Positions 25,557-38,517 of a DNA stretch of 64,000 nucleotides are shown one piece after another. Position numbers and translations under genes: made by a program. Positions within the stretch are counted from its first letter, which is position 1, and each line of letters starts with the position of its first letter. The stretch is from Octopus vulgaris (taxonomy: Eukaryota). The stretch covers positions 58,156,001 through 58,220,000 of the forward strand of contig OX597816.1 of NCBI GenBank assembly GCA_951406725.2, read 5' to 3'. The notes under the pieces were generated by a model. It had not been told where the DNA came from. It worked only from the letters and a program-made list of their open reading frames with translations, and made no database searches.

Positions 25557-27311
25557 ACGACGTTACAAGGACCCCACTACCAGCTCTGGGTTTGGGGTTT
25601 GATATAACCTTATCTGAATACGTTATGTGATTAGAGATCGCTTTTGTTAATCTAGTACAACTGTTTGTTTACACTGAATCGATGTCCTACCGTTTATGAA
25701 TTGTACGTCACACGGGTTTCTTACACACAGAAGGGCTATTAATGCAATTGGCTGTCTGGTGTTGGGCGTTAACCAAGAAATATAAATTTGAATCTCACCT
25801 CTAACTCGTTTATTTATTTTTCTCCCCTCTCATTCCCCTGGGTTTTTTTTTTCTTTGCAGTTTATCAACTCACATTATTATATACACAACTTCAACCTTC
25901 GGCTTGCTTTCTTAAGTAATTTTTCATTTATTACAACCAGCCAACGTGGAGTTTAATGCATAGCTGCACTCCGTACAGAAGGACACTGAATATACGGTAT
26001 TAAAAAACTAAACACAAAGTCTATAACTTTCAAATAAAACCTTATATTGTTATAGAAATACAACAAAACACCTTTGGTCGTATAATACAGGGTGTGACAG
26101 GAAAACCTCCCATATTTTTACACAGCCATTGGTGTGGTACCAGTGACGTTAGACAGGTGTTAAGAGTCTCTCTTCATGTTGCTAATGTTTATTGTTTTGC
26201 CTTCAGTTCGTTTATCATTATTCTTTAGATTGCTGCCTGCCGTGTATTTGATATTTGACCGATTATCAAGAATTGGCTTATCAGCGAGGCAGCAGCGATC
26301 AGTAGTCTTTATTCTTTTATTTATTTATTACGTGTTTTAGCTATTAGACTGCGGCCATGCTAGAGCATTGCCTTGTAGAATTTTTAGTCGAAGGAATTAA
26401 CTCCAGTACTATTTTTTTTAAAGCCTGGAATTTATTCTACCGAAAGGATGAAAGGCGAAGTCAACCTCGGTGCTAAGCATTTCGCCCTGCGTGCTAACGT
26501 TTCTGCCAGCTCACCGCCTTAGCGATTGGCATATTCTCATTCGAATTTGCCAGAACGGATTGAGAGGGACACACACACACACGCTCTCGTGCGCGCGTGA
26601 TGCGCTTCTTCCAGTTTCCGTCTACCAAATCCACTCACAAGGCTTTGGTCGATCCGAGCTATAGTGAAAGACATTTGCCCAAAGTGCCACGTAGTGGGAC
26701 CGAACCCAAAACCAAGTGGTTGGGGAGCAAGCTTCTTACCACCCAGCCACTCCTGAGCCTATGTTCACCTTCTGACAGTTTTGAACGTGTGTATTTGCTG
26801 ATTGCTGCTGTATTTGCCATTCTTTTTAGAAGATGTGTGTTCATCGATATAAGGGGCTTTGAGTCACCGCGGAGTGTCAAAATGTGTCTCTTATTGTGTA
26901 CTTGCTCAATCAAAGTTACACTCGGATCAAGGAATCTAACAAGAGCACTGTCTGTTTATAGAAACCAACAAACCAACAAATTATTTCCTGATGCGCAGGC
27001 ATGTGGTAAGGACTTTGCTTCCCAACCACATGACTCTGGGTTCTATCCCACTTAAAATCGACCCCAGTACTTTAAAAAATGTACGAGGGTCGATTCGTTC
27101 GAGTAAAAGATTTTCTAGGCGGTGCCCCGGAATGGCTGCAGTCTAATGACTGAAACAAGTAAAAGATAAAAGATCTGAGATACCTATAAGTTGTCTGTTA
27201 AACTGATAATAATTCATGAGGTGCTCAAAGAACAGATAACAGCCAAACGATGACTTATTTATTCATTCTCAATCCGTTCTGGCAAATTCGAATGAGAATA
27301 TGCCAATCGCT

Positions 27312-27710
27312 AAGGCGGTGAGCTGGCAGAAACGTCAGCACGCAGGGCGAAATGCTTAGCACCGAGGTTGACTTTGCCTTTCATCCTTTCAGGGTCGGTA
27401 AATTAAGTACCAGTTACGCACTGGGGTTGATGTAATCGACTTAATCCCTTTGTCTGTCATTGTTTGTCCCCTCTATGTTTTGCCCCTTGTGGGCAATAAA
27501 AGAAATAAGAAACGTTAGGAAAGGGGCCAAATACTTAGCGGTATTTCGTCTATCTTTATGTTCTGAGTTCAAATTCCACCGAGGTCGACTTTGCCTTTCA
27601 TGCTTTCAGGGTCGATAAATTAAGTAGCAGTTGAGTACTGGAGTCGATTTAATCAACTGGCCCCCTCCCCAAAAGTTTCGGGCCTTGTGCCTAAAACAGA
27701 AAAGAATATG
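27312..27710 (+). mobile_element. SINE family B, composite/tandem copy
   Basis: Head with an internal deletion, long body, then a second body unit. Confidence 0.85.
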
Positions 27711-28643
27711 CTAATCGCTCTTGTTTTTCCACATCGGAGAGCACATCGTCCCTTTAGATGAATGGTGTGTTTATAGCACACGATTCATTGCTATAAGGGG
27801 ATATTGCGATTCCTTGATGTTTCAGTCAAAGCTGCACCGGATCAATGAATCTAAACGATTCCCGTGTACTATGAACACCCATCGTCTAAAGGGAGTGGGG
27901 AGTATTCTCCGAAGACGGAAAATAGAGATCAACATATTCACTCTCAGATCAGCCAGAACGTATTAAGAATGAACGGAAAATGTTATTATTTGGATTTTTA
28001 CCGTTCTGCGAGCACCCATGAAATATCAACAGTTTCGCAGACATCATCACGTATCAGTAAATATTTAGTTTACTGAATTCTATAAACAAGAGTTCGTGCT
28101 CTTGTCGGATTCACTGAGGAGAGACATATAATAAGGCTTTGATTGAGGAGACATACAATAAGCTCGAAATACCACGTGTCTAAAAGTGCCCTTACACCGG
28201 TGAATTACATGGGTTATGAACACACATCGTCTAACGAGAGAAGATATTCTCCAAAGACGATAAACAACAGCGATCAGCAAATTCATGTTCGAATCTAGCT
28301 GAACGTATCGAAAATAAATAGAAAACGTTATTGTTTAGATTCATGGTATTTCACGTGCAGCTAATGAATTACTGATTAATTAAAATCAATTAAGAATTAA
28401 GCGGTGATTGTGGGACATTAAGTGGATAGGGAATTTTATAACGGTTAAATTGACTAAGAAGTGTATATAAACAACCGGAACTAGATTTAATTCGTTAGAA
28501 GTATGTTTTCCGTTTTTTATTTACGTCTACTAAAGCCATCGAGAAAGGCATGACTGCCCCATAATTTTGTTCTACTCCACCACTGACGCCTTATCATCGT
28601 CATCCTCCTCCTCCTCCTCCTCCTCCTCATCATCATCATCATC

Positions 28644-28682
<39 letters not shown>

Positions 28683-28739
28683 AGCGGCAGGATTAACATC
28701 ACCATCAATATCAACCCCTGAACATTACTCTTTCGAGTC

Positions 28740-28988
28740 CTAGGACACACGGAGCCGGTGTTACCTGGTTTCCTTGGCATACAAGTACCCAAGATCACAA
28801 CATTCCCCACCTGGATGGGACGCCAGTACCTCGCAGGATTACTCATTTCTGCCAGCTGAATGGATTTGGGCAAAGTGAAATGAAGTGTTTTGCTCAAGAA
28901 CACAACACACCACCTGCGTCGGGAATCGAAAGCATTATCTTGCGATCGTGAGTAAGACACCTTAATCACTTTGGCCACGCGCCTTCAT
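28740..28988 (-). mobile_element. tRNA-derived SINE family K (V-domain-like body)
   Basis: Minus strand: ATGAAGGCGCGTGGCCAAAGTG...TTCGATTCCC, TGTTCTTGAGCAAAACAC, TACTGGCGTCCCATCCAGG. Related pieces at 18528-18625 and 57130-57290. Confidence 0.65.
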
Positions 28989-29664
28989 TTCACTCTATAA
29001 AGCTTTGACCTGTTTTTTTGGGGTTTTTTTGCATAAGTACGGAGTTTTTCTATTGTAATAATGGGTAACTGGACCCGGCCTGAATAGAAGAAGTAAATTC
29101 AGATGTTTTTTCAGGTGTGTGCGGCAATAAAGACAGTTGAAGCGAAGTTCCAGGTGTGACAACAACAACAACAGCTTAAACACCTCCTGTTAATCTGAGA
29201 CTGACCATAATTTAAACAGGAACTAAGCCGCAATAAATAAATACAGTGTACTATCAAAAGATCAAGAAGGTCATACCTTATCTGAAGGCCTGATGGGGTA
29301 GCACTTACCCCTTAATAGAAAACAGACACAGCGCTTTATAGCTGACGGTTTATTTTACGCACACACAAACACACACACACACACACACACCCACACACAC
29401 ACACACAGACACTCACACACACAAACTGTGTATATACTTATTTGTGTGTCTGTGTTTGTCCACCCCCACCACCGCTCGACAACCGATGTTGGTGTCTTTA
29501 CGTTCCCGTAAACTTAGCAGTTCGGCAAAAAGGGAACCGATAGAATAAATACTAGGCTTACAAAGAATAATTCCTGGGGTCGATTTGTTCGATTAAAGGC
29601 GGTGCTCCAGCATGGCCGCAATCAAGATGACTGAAACAAGTAAAAGAAAAAAAAAGAAATATAT

Positions 29665-29723
<59 letters not shown>

Positions 29724-29724
29724 T

Positions 29725-29787
<63 letters not shown>

Positions 29788-29805
29788 CATATATATATAT
29801 ATATA

Positions 29806-30015
29806 TAGTTAATCCAAACAAGAAAGCACAACAAGCACAACAACGCGAGGACGTGGAACAAATATAGTATTATTGGACGCTCAGGAAAGAAGGAAAAAAG
29901 GAGGGTTTAACGTTTCGAGCGGAGGTCTTCGTCGGAAACATAGGAGAAGGAAAGATCCAGAGAAGGGAAGACAGAGGGAAAAAATCGCCAACGGTACACA
30001 CGAGGTCACATTTTG
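29806..30015 (-). mobile_element. Family F element, hammerhead motif with a stem II mismatch
   Basis: Motif at 29905-29939 (GGAGGTCTTC instead of GGAGCTCTTC); (TA)n flanks. Confidence 0.75.
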
Positions 30016-30083
30016 AAAGGATATATATATATATATATATATTCACGACATCTCTTCGGTTATATATATATATATATATATAT

Positions 30084-30249
<166 letters not shown>

Positions 30250-30719
30250 CTTGTTGTTGTTTCGCCCTAAGTTCAGTTTTTATTGACCAGACTTATGATC
30301 GAAGATGTTTCAGCCGTGACCATCACACCTTTTTTTTCCCAGCTGTCCATTCTATCTCAGCATTATCCAATGTGTTGTTTGAACCTTTGAAGACGTCAGA
30401 CTATGATTTGAGAGAGATCTGGTTGCCATTTCTAGCTCGTCGTGCAGCCACATAGTATATCCCTTTACTAGATTGTTGTTGTTGCTGTTGTTGTCGTTGG
30501 CGGCGGCGGTGGTGGTGTCTGAGAAGGTGATGATTGTCGGGGTCGGTCACTTTGATGACTATAGTGGTGGTCACGCTGACGGGTTTTGGCAGGATGATGG
30601 CGGGGTGGGTGGTATTGCTGTAGGGGGAGGGGTTAATGGGGTGGGAGCAGGGCCAATGGTTGTCATACTTCATGAATATGGAGATAGCATCTCAGCGTGT
30701 CAAACGTTGGTGTGTACGT

Positions 30720-31067
30720 ACGTATGTATGTACGTACGTATGTATGTATGTATGTATGTATGTATGTATGTATGTACGTAAGTATATATGCATGTATGTA
30801 TGTATGTATGTACGTAAGTATGTATGTATGTATATATGTATGTATGTATGTATGTATGCATGCATGTATGTATGTATGTATGTATGTATGTATGTATGTA
30901 TGTATGCATGCATGTATGTATGTATGCATGTATGCATGTATGTATGTATGTATGTATGTATGTATATATGTATGTATGCATGTATGTATGTATGTATGTA
31001 TGTATGTATGTATGTATGTATGTACGTACGTGTGTACGTGTGTGCGAGTGTATACGTGTGTATGTGT

Positions 31068-31116
<49 letters not shown>

Positions 31117-31118
31117 CG
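30720..31118. repeat. (TATG)n/(TG)n microsatellite
   Basis: Directly visible; explains the YVCM/HTYI ORFs. Confidence 0.95.
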
Positions 31119-31144
31119 AAACATGTTAAAGCCACAGTATATAT

Positions 31145-31505
31145 ATATAGCGAGTTGGCAGAATCGTTAGCACGCCGGACGAAATGCTTAGTGGTGTTTC
31201 GTCTGACGTTACGTTCTGAGTTCAAATTCCGCCGAGGTCGACTTTGCCTTTTATCCTTTCGGGGTCGATTAAATAAGTACCAGTTAAATCACTTGGGTCG
31301 ATATAATCGACTTAAACCGTTCGTCTGTCCTTGTTTGTCCCTTCTGTTTTTAGCCCCTTGTGGGTAGTAAAGAAATAAGTATTTCGTCAGCCGCTACATT
31401 CTGAGTTAAATCACTGGGGTCGATATAATCGACTTAATCCGTTAGTCTGTCTTTGTTTGTCACTTTCGTGTTTAGCACCTTGTGGGTAGTAAAGAAATAA
31501 GTATA
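31145..31505 (+). mobile_element. SINE family B with partial tandem unit
   Basis: Head, body and repeated body segment. Confidence 0.85.
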
Positions 31506-32119
31506 TATAGTGTGTTAGCGGCAATTAAAGAACTCACACAAACCAATGTATTATAAATGTAGAAACTAAATATACATATCCACATATATAATATAGAGAT
31601 GGATAAATCCGTGTGTGTATGTGTGTGTGTGTGTGTGTATACACTCATATGCGTATCTATATATGTATGTATGTATGTCTTAAGGCTGGATCATGCGCGG
31701 GGACATTGAAATAATCGGACTGAATACCCGATCGTGCGGTTAACCATTGGGAGCGAAGGACTCCTAGCCTTTGTTAGGGCATCCTTCTAGGAGAAGGTAA
31801 CTCAGGTAACTGGGATAACTCCGATATAAAAACCTGCGGCTCAGTGGTTACCGATGATGTTGACTTGTTCTTCTTTTCGGATTATGGCTGCTGTTGCTTA
31901 GTGAGTGGGATTGACTCAGTGCACAGCCTTTCCCCACTTTAAAAAAAATCTTCTTGCACAGGCATTGCACGATAACAACATTGATTAAGCTTCGTGCAAT
32001 GGCCATACTCGATCACGAGGGGGCAGCCACCTTATGTATGTATGTATGTATGTATGTATGTATGTATGTATGTATGTATGTATGTATGTATGTATGTATG
32101 TATGTATGTATGTATGTAT

Positions 32120-32590
32120 GTGTGGAGTGGAGTGAAAGCGTTTGAAGAGGCCAGGATAATGCATGCAAGATTCAAAAGAGATCTAAGGAAGAATGTTACG
32201 ATCGAGAAGGTGAATGACAATGACCCTTTTGTGTGCACAGTCTGTGACAGTCCATGCCTGTCTTTTGCTGGGCTCAAATCTCATTTGCTAACCCATGGAA
32301 AAACGAACCTCCACCAACTATTCTACTTATTTATCTGTGCACACATTTCAATGCCGTCTATACCATAAGGTCTGCAAATCTAACGGAAGCCTCAAAAGAC
32401 ATTTTGAGACCCACAAAAGTCAGAACTTAACTGAAGCTCTTGGTGGGCCAAATCAGATATGCAACCTATGTGGGTGTCTTTTCGAAACGTTGTCCGTTTT
32501 AAAAACCCACATCAGATGCCATGTGGGATCTAAGGTGTAGGTAGAAGAGGTAGTCAAACCCTGCATAAAGAGTGGACAACCACGAGGTAT
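32120..32590 (+). mobile_element. RTE-clade LINE 3' end with three C2H2-like fingers
   Basis: WSGVKAFEEARIMHARFKRDLRK...FVCTVCDSPCLSFAGLKSHLLTH is a typical RTE ORF C-terminus. After a 1-bp frameshift come FQCRLYHKVCKSNGSLKRHFETH and ICNLCGCLFETLSVLKTHIRCH*. Confidence 0.7.
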
Positions 32591-32607
32591 GTATGGACGT
32601 ATTCTGT

Positions 32608-32975
32608 TATTCTTTTACTTGTTTCAGTCATTTGACTGAAGCCATGCTGGAGCACCGCCTTAAAAGTTTTCCGTCGAACAAATCGACTCCAGGACTTATT
32701 CTTTGTAAGCCTAGTACTTACTCTATCGATCACTATTGCCGAACCGCTAAATTACGGGGACGTAAATATACCAACATCGGTTGTCAAGCGATGTTGGGGG
32801 AACACACAAACACACGCACACATACACACGCATAAACGACGGGCTTCTTTCAGTTTCCGTGTACCAAATCCACTCACAAGGCTTTAGTCAGCCCGAGGCT
32901 ATAGTAGAAGACAATTGCCCAAGGTGCCACGCAGGGGTGCTGAATTTGGAACCATGTGGATAGAAAGCTTGCACC
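32608..32975 (-). mobile_element. SINE family A
   Basis: Matches the reverse complement of the 47550-47978 copy. Confidence 0.85.
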
Positions 32976-33419
32976 TATATATATATATACTCGTCACAAA
33001 AATATATGTATACTGGTAGACACATACACCGTCACACACATACTTGTCAGTCTTCGGCCTAACGTAGGTAACGAACGTGCGAACACATTCATATAGAAAA
33101 TGTGACGTCATTGTCATTGTGGTGGTGATATAAAATGTCGTTTACGATAGGTGACTAAAAGAAAAATGATAACGTTAAATTTTTCTAATGCAGATATGTA
33201 AATGAAAATATAGCTTAGTTGGTAAACAAAAGCTTATTGAAGGACGGAAATCAAAACCACGCGGTTTACAAAATCAGCTTTTTAACCATACAGTCGTCAT
33301 GCCAGCTCCTGTACGAAAGTTTATGTTCTTTCCCACAATTCTATTTCCCAAATTACGATGCCACATCTACCATATCACAAATTGCGGTAATATTATTCCT
33401 GCAATAGGCCCAAGACCTG

Positions 33420-33815
33420 AACATTTGAGTGTGTGTCGGCAGTCGACTACATCGACTCCGTTTTTTTTTATTCTGAAGGAATTAAAAGCAAAGTTGATCT
33501 CGACGGAATTCGATCTCAGAACGTAAAGCCAGTAGAAAGCATATTGTCCGATGTTCTAACGATTCTACCAGCGCGCCGCCTTTGAAATTCCGATAACATC
33601 CTTTGTATTATAGGCACAAGGCCTGAAATTTTGGGGAAAGGGACAAGTCAATTACATCGACCCAAGTACCGGGCTGGTACTTATTTTATCGACCCAGAAA
33701 AGATGAAAAGCAAAGGCGACCTAGGTGGAATTTGAACTCATAATGTAAAGACGTAAAGACGAAATGACGCAGAGCATTTTGTCTAAGACGCCGAAGATTC
33801 TTCCAGCTCGCCGCC
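33420..33815 (-). mobile_element. Two diverged reverse SINE family B copies
   Basis: GAAAAGATGAAAAGCAAAGGCGACCTAGGTGGAATTTGAACTC and CCAGCTCGCCGCCT. Confidence 0.75.
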
Positions 33816-33846
33816 TAAATTTCCTAGTACAGTACCGTACTTTTTT

Positions 33847-34612
33847 AAGGCGGCGAGCTGGCAGAATCGTTAGGACGCCGGACGAAATGCTTCGTGGTAT
33901 TTCGTCTGCCGTTACGTTCTGAGTTCAAATTCCGCCGATGTCGACTTTGCCTTTCATCCTTTCGGGGTCGATTAAATAAGTACCAGTTAAATCACTGGGG
34001 TCGATATAATCGACTTAATCCGTTTGTCTGTCCTTGTTTGTTCTCTCTGTGTTTAGCCCCTTGTGGGTAGTAAAGAAATAAGTATTTCGTTTGCCGCTAC
34101 GTTCTGAGTTCAAATTCCGCCGATATCGACTTTGCCTTTCATCCTTTCGGGGTCGATTAAATAAGTACCAGTTAAATCACTGGGGTCGATATAATCGACT
34201 TAATCCGTTTGTCTGTCCTTGTTTGTTCTCTCTGTGTTTAGCCCCTTGTGGGTAGTAAAGAAATAAGTATTTCGTTTGCCGCTACGTTCTGAGTTCAAAT
34301 TCCGCCGAGGTCGACTTTGCCTTTCATCCTTTCGGGGTCGATAAATTAAGTACCAGTTGCGTACTGGGGTCGATCTAATCGACTGGCTCCCTCCCCCAAA
34401 ATTTCGGGCCTTGTGCCTAGAGTAGAAAAGAATCGTTAGCGCGCTGGGAAAAATGCTTAGCAACACTTCTTTTGACTTTACGTTTTGAGTTCAAATTCCG
34501 CCGAGGTCGACTTTGCCTTTCATCCTTTCGGGGTCAATAAAATAAATATCAGTTGAACACTGGTGTCAAAGTAATCGACTTAACTACTCCCGAAAAATTG
34601 CTGAGTTGCCAA
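33847..34612 (+). mobile_element. SINE family B tandem array, 185-bp period
   Basis: TATTTCGT(C/T)TGCCG recurs at 33898, 34083 and 34268; a further diverged unit follows. Confidence 0.92.
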
Positions 34613-35003
34613 AATTTCAAATTAATATACCAGGAAATTAGCCTAAAGGTTATAAGAACCATTTCTATTTCTTGGCCATATTTTTCTTCGCCTGTGCTTC
34701 CTGTTTGTCCATTTGTACATTTAATATTCAGAAATATGAATTATGTAAATTAATATAAATTATGTAAATTAATATAGATTATGTAAATTTAAGAAAATAT
34801 TTTCTACCAACGTTAAAGCACTGAACTAAATACGTTGTTGATATCAAATACTTTGCAATATTTAGTTTCATCTGCAACAATCTAATTTCAAATCCCAATG
34901 GGTTTAAAAAGGCAATAAAATAAGATTATATATAGATGTACTCGCACACACACATACACACACACATATGTATCTATGTGTATGTATATGTATATATAAT
35001 GTG

Positions 35004-35084
<81 letters not shown>

Positions 35085-35097
35085 ATATATATATATT

Positions 35098-37171
35098 ATA
35101 GATACACAATTGAGTAGTAGAGTGTATATCGGGGCAACTATGAATAGCATAAAACAAAGATGGAATTATCATAGATATACTTTTAGGAATAAAAATAGAA
35201 TGTACTCTACAGGGCTAAGTGCATATATTTGGGAACTTAAAAGTAAGAACTTAGATTTTAGATTAAACTGGAAAATACTAACTTCAGCACCTGTGTATAA
35301 TGGAAAAAATAAAAAATGCTCTCTATGTATTAATGAAATTTTCTTCATTATTAAAGCGGGTCGGCAAATTATTAACAACATTAATGAGAAAAACTTCTTT
35401 TGTATTCATAGGCTACCGTTCACCTTTTCTAGATTCAAATAGAACTTAGCACTTCCACTATTATCAATTTTTTAATTCCCTTCTTTAACTAAATATACCT
35501 GTGGTCTTCTATAATTCTAAAGTATACAATTTATAAATTTCATAATTTTATAATTTTTATAGCTACATTTGTATAATAACTAATTGGATGTGTCTAGTAT
35601 TATTGGTTTCTTGGTTTTTGTATGTGGGTTTTTGTTTGTTTTTTTTAAGAGAAATGCAATATGACATAAAATAACATATTCATTTTGGTATTTGCCTTGT
35701 AATATGTGATTTTTGAAGTTTTCCAATATTGCATAGTATATTGCAAAGTATATATGTATATCTTGGTTAGATACCTAGCTCTGGATAATGTAATGATATT
35801 GTATAATATGTAATATATGAGAGCCTTTTGTGAGTTTGGTGGGTTTAGGTTGAGATTATGGGTTTTTTGTATGTGCTGATTTGGAAGGTTTTTATTATAT
35901 ATTTGGTCTTTTTGTACTCACCTTAATTTGTATCTTATGCTATTCACTGATAAACCTTTTTCATTTTTTTCATTTTCTCATTTACATGCATTTTGCTTTA
36001 TAATTGTTACCAGCCTCATATATTTAGTTTATATCTATAGTCCTCTGGATCTGTACTTTAAACTATCCTTCCATACATATTTACTTTCAACAATATAAAA
36101 TATATATATTCACTTTATTTATTTTTATTTATTTCCCATTTTATTGTAATATTATCAATATTTGCATCTAGTCTTCTATTTATTTATTTATTTGCCTATT
36201 TAAGTGTGGATGTTTACATACATATCAAGTCATTTAATTTGTTACCTATTTATTCTTTACTTATTTACTTATACTGGTGTGGTTTTATACATACATATCT
36301 ATCATTTATTTTTATTTAATTTTAATAATATATGAATACATATATACTAGTTTGTACTTATAATTATGTGTATAACCGTATTTATTCCTTCGTATTTATT
36401 CCTTTTTATTTATTTTATCTCTTTTCATCTTAAGTCTTTATAATATAAAATTTATTTAAAATTTCTGTGATGTTCTCATAAGCGTTTACATTAATACTTC
36501 CCCCTCTATTTTTTATTGCCTAAACTGGTATATTTTGGCACTATATTTATTAAGTTAATAAGTGACTTATTTATAATATCTAAATTAATATATTTTATAT
36601 TTTATATTTTATAATTTAGCGTACTTTAAATCATAACAAACTTACGATAAACCTAACAACCGTATGTTTACTCTGCAACAAACCGGTGTTATATATTTTA
36701 AGTTACCCATGAAATAATTATCTGAATTAGTAACATACTGATATTTAAAAATACATTTATATCTTAATTAAATATTTTATAGAATGCATGGATGGTTCTT
36801 TTTTTGTTATTGAGGCTCAGTTATAATTTTGAAGGACTTAGTGTTAGCATGTTTGCTTCCCTATTTGTTTATCTAAGTGTTAGTTGTTGCTTATGATTAT
36901 GTATATGTACAAGTGTATGTATATACATATAACTATGTGTGTATGTGCGATTGATCTGTAGATGCGTGTGTGAATATTGGCGTTCCCTGACTAACCAACC
37001 GTATAATTTCCTTTTGTGATTTAAATTTCAAACCAATAGCCAATCGAATTAATCTAAATTTTCTTTACCTAGTGGTCAGCATTTCTTAACTCATAGTTAT
37101 TTCGATCTTGGAAGGATGGACTTGGTGATAACTTAACTGTATCTATTTTTATTATTTTTTATTATTATTAC

Positions 37172-37205
<34 letters not shown>

Positions 37206-37857
37206 AGTAATTTTTATTAACTTTTATAGCTTTAGAATTTTATGAACTGTACCACGGATTTAATTATTATTATTTTTCATCTCCATATGGGTTAGCCCTT
37301 TTTTTTATAAAAAAAACTATTAGCTAAATATGTATGATATCGGTACTTATTAATATTATATATACACTGTTATATATTTTGTTTTATTTTGTTCTGGTTA
37401 CCTTCCTTTTTGTACAAATGTGTATTATATTATACAAGTGTAGCATTATGATGTATAAGTTTTTATATTTTACTTTTTTATATTTTTATATTTATATGTA
37501 TATGATTATATAATATTTTTCACTATTATAACAAATTTAATTTAATTCTCTGAAGAGGCCGTGGGGCATCTTTGTTAATGCCTCATTTATACCTGCCTTT
37601 ATGGCTTATAGGTTAAATGAGGTATGACTGTCCTCACTGCCGAAACAGCTGTCAGTTTTGATTTATTTGCATATTGTATTTGTAATTTTTTACTTATATC
37701 TCTTTATCTTTTTACTTTTACTATTACTGTATATCTCATTTCATTTTATATATTGCCTTTACTCCTATGTAATGGTGTATTAAAGTATGGATTGAGTATC
37801 ATCGGATAGTTGATGTTTTATTGATTTAAGTATGTTTCTCCATTCTCTAATTTTGTA

Positions 37858-37860
<3 letters not shown>
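35098..37860 (+). mobile_element. Penelope-like element 3' part: GIY-YIG C-terminus (Nematis-like, tentative), ~2.1-kb AT-rich 3' region, terminal hammerhead
   Basis: VYIGATMNSIKQRWNYHRYTF...TGLSAYIWELK...WKIL...KKCSLCINE...NEKNFFCIH* (stop at 35442). CTGAAGA...GAAAC motif at 37550-37653. (TA)n at both ends. Confidence 0.78.
37548..37655 (+). ncRNA. Type-I hammerhead ribozyme-like motif with extended stem II
   Basis: CTGAAGA-GGC...GCC-GAAAC-AGCT-GTC; the stem II insert folds (GTGGGGCA/TGTCCTCAC, ATGCCTCATTTA/TAAATGAGGTAT); stem III palindrome ACAGCTGT; stem I only 2 bp in this copy. Confidence 0.6.
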
Positions 37861-37919
<59 letters not shown>

Positions 37920-37929
37920 TTATTTATTT

Positions 37930-38290
37930 ATTTAATTCCTTTTGCAGGAAGGATTGCTTCGGCCGTGTTCTGTCCTTACATTCGAAACACGCATTGAGTC
38001 GAACCAGGGACAGTTGATGAAGGGGAATTTTCCTAGTATTGTTTGCCCTGTACTCTGTTTTTTCGTTGTTTAAAAAATGTCCGTTTCGAAACACGCATTG
38101 AGTCGAACCAGGGACAGCTGATGAAGGGGAATTTTCCTAGTATTGTTTGCCCTGTACTCTGTATTTTCGTTGTTAAAGGAATGGTCTGTTCCATGGTGTT
38201 TTTACGTTTTCGTTTCTCGTTGAGTTCTACGTCTATTTGTGGTGTCCTGTACACACGTATATATATTTATATATGCATGTATATATACAT
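37930..38290 (+). mobile_element. Family G short element with a 104-bp internal direct repeat
   Basis: TTCGAAACACGCATTGAGTCG... at 37981 and 38085; relatives at 39830-40085 and, reversed, 43270-43430. Confidence 0.65.
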
Positions 38291-38431
38291 GTAGAAATAG
38301 GCACGTACATATATGTTTGTATGTATGCATATATTTTATTTATTACACTATTGTATGACTGAGCGCCTTCGCGTCGATTCGATTCGATTCGTTTGGTTTG
38401 GTTTCGTTTCTTCTTCTTCTCTAAGCTGGTT

Positions 38432-38517
<86 letters not shown>

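Noticed and set aside
33898-34450. CRISPR-like regular repeats
   Set aside because: The units are whole 185-bp SINE bodies with no unique spacers, in eukaryotic context with no cas genes.
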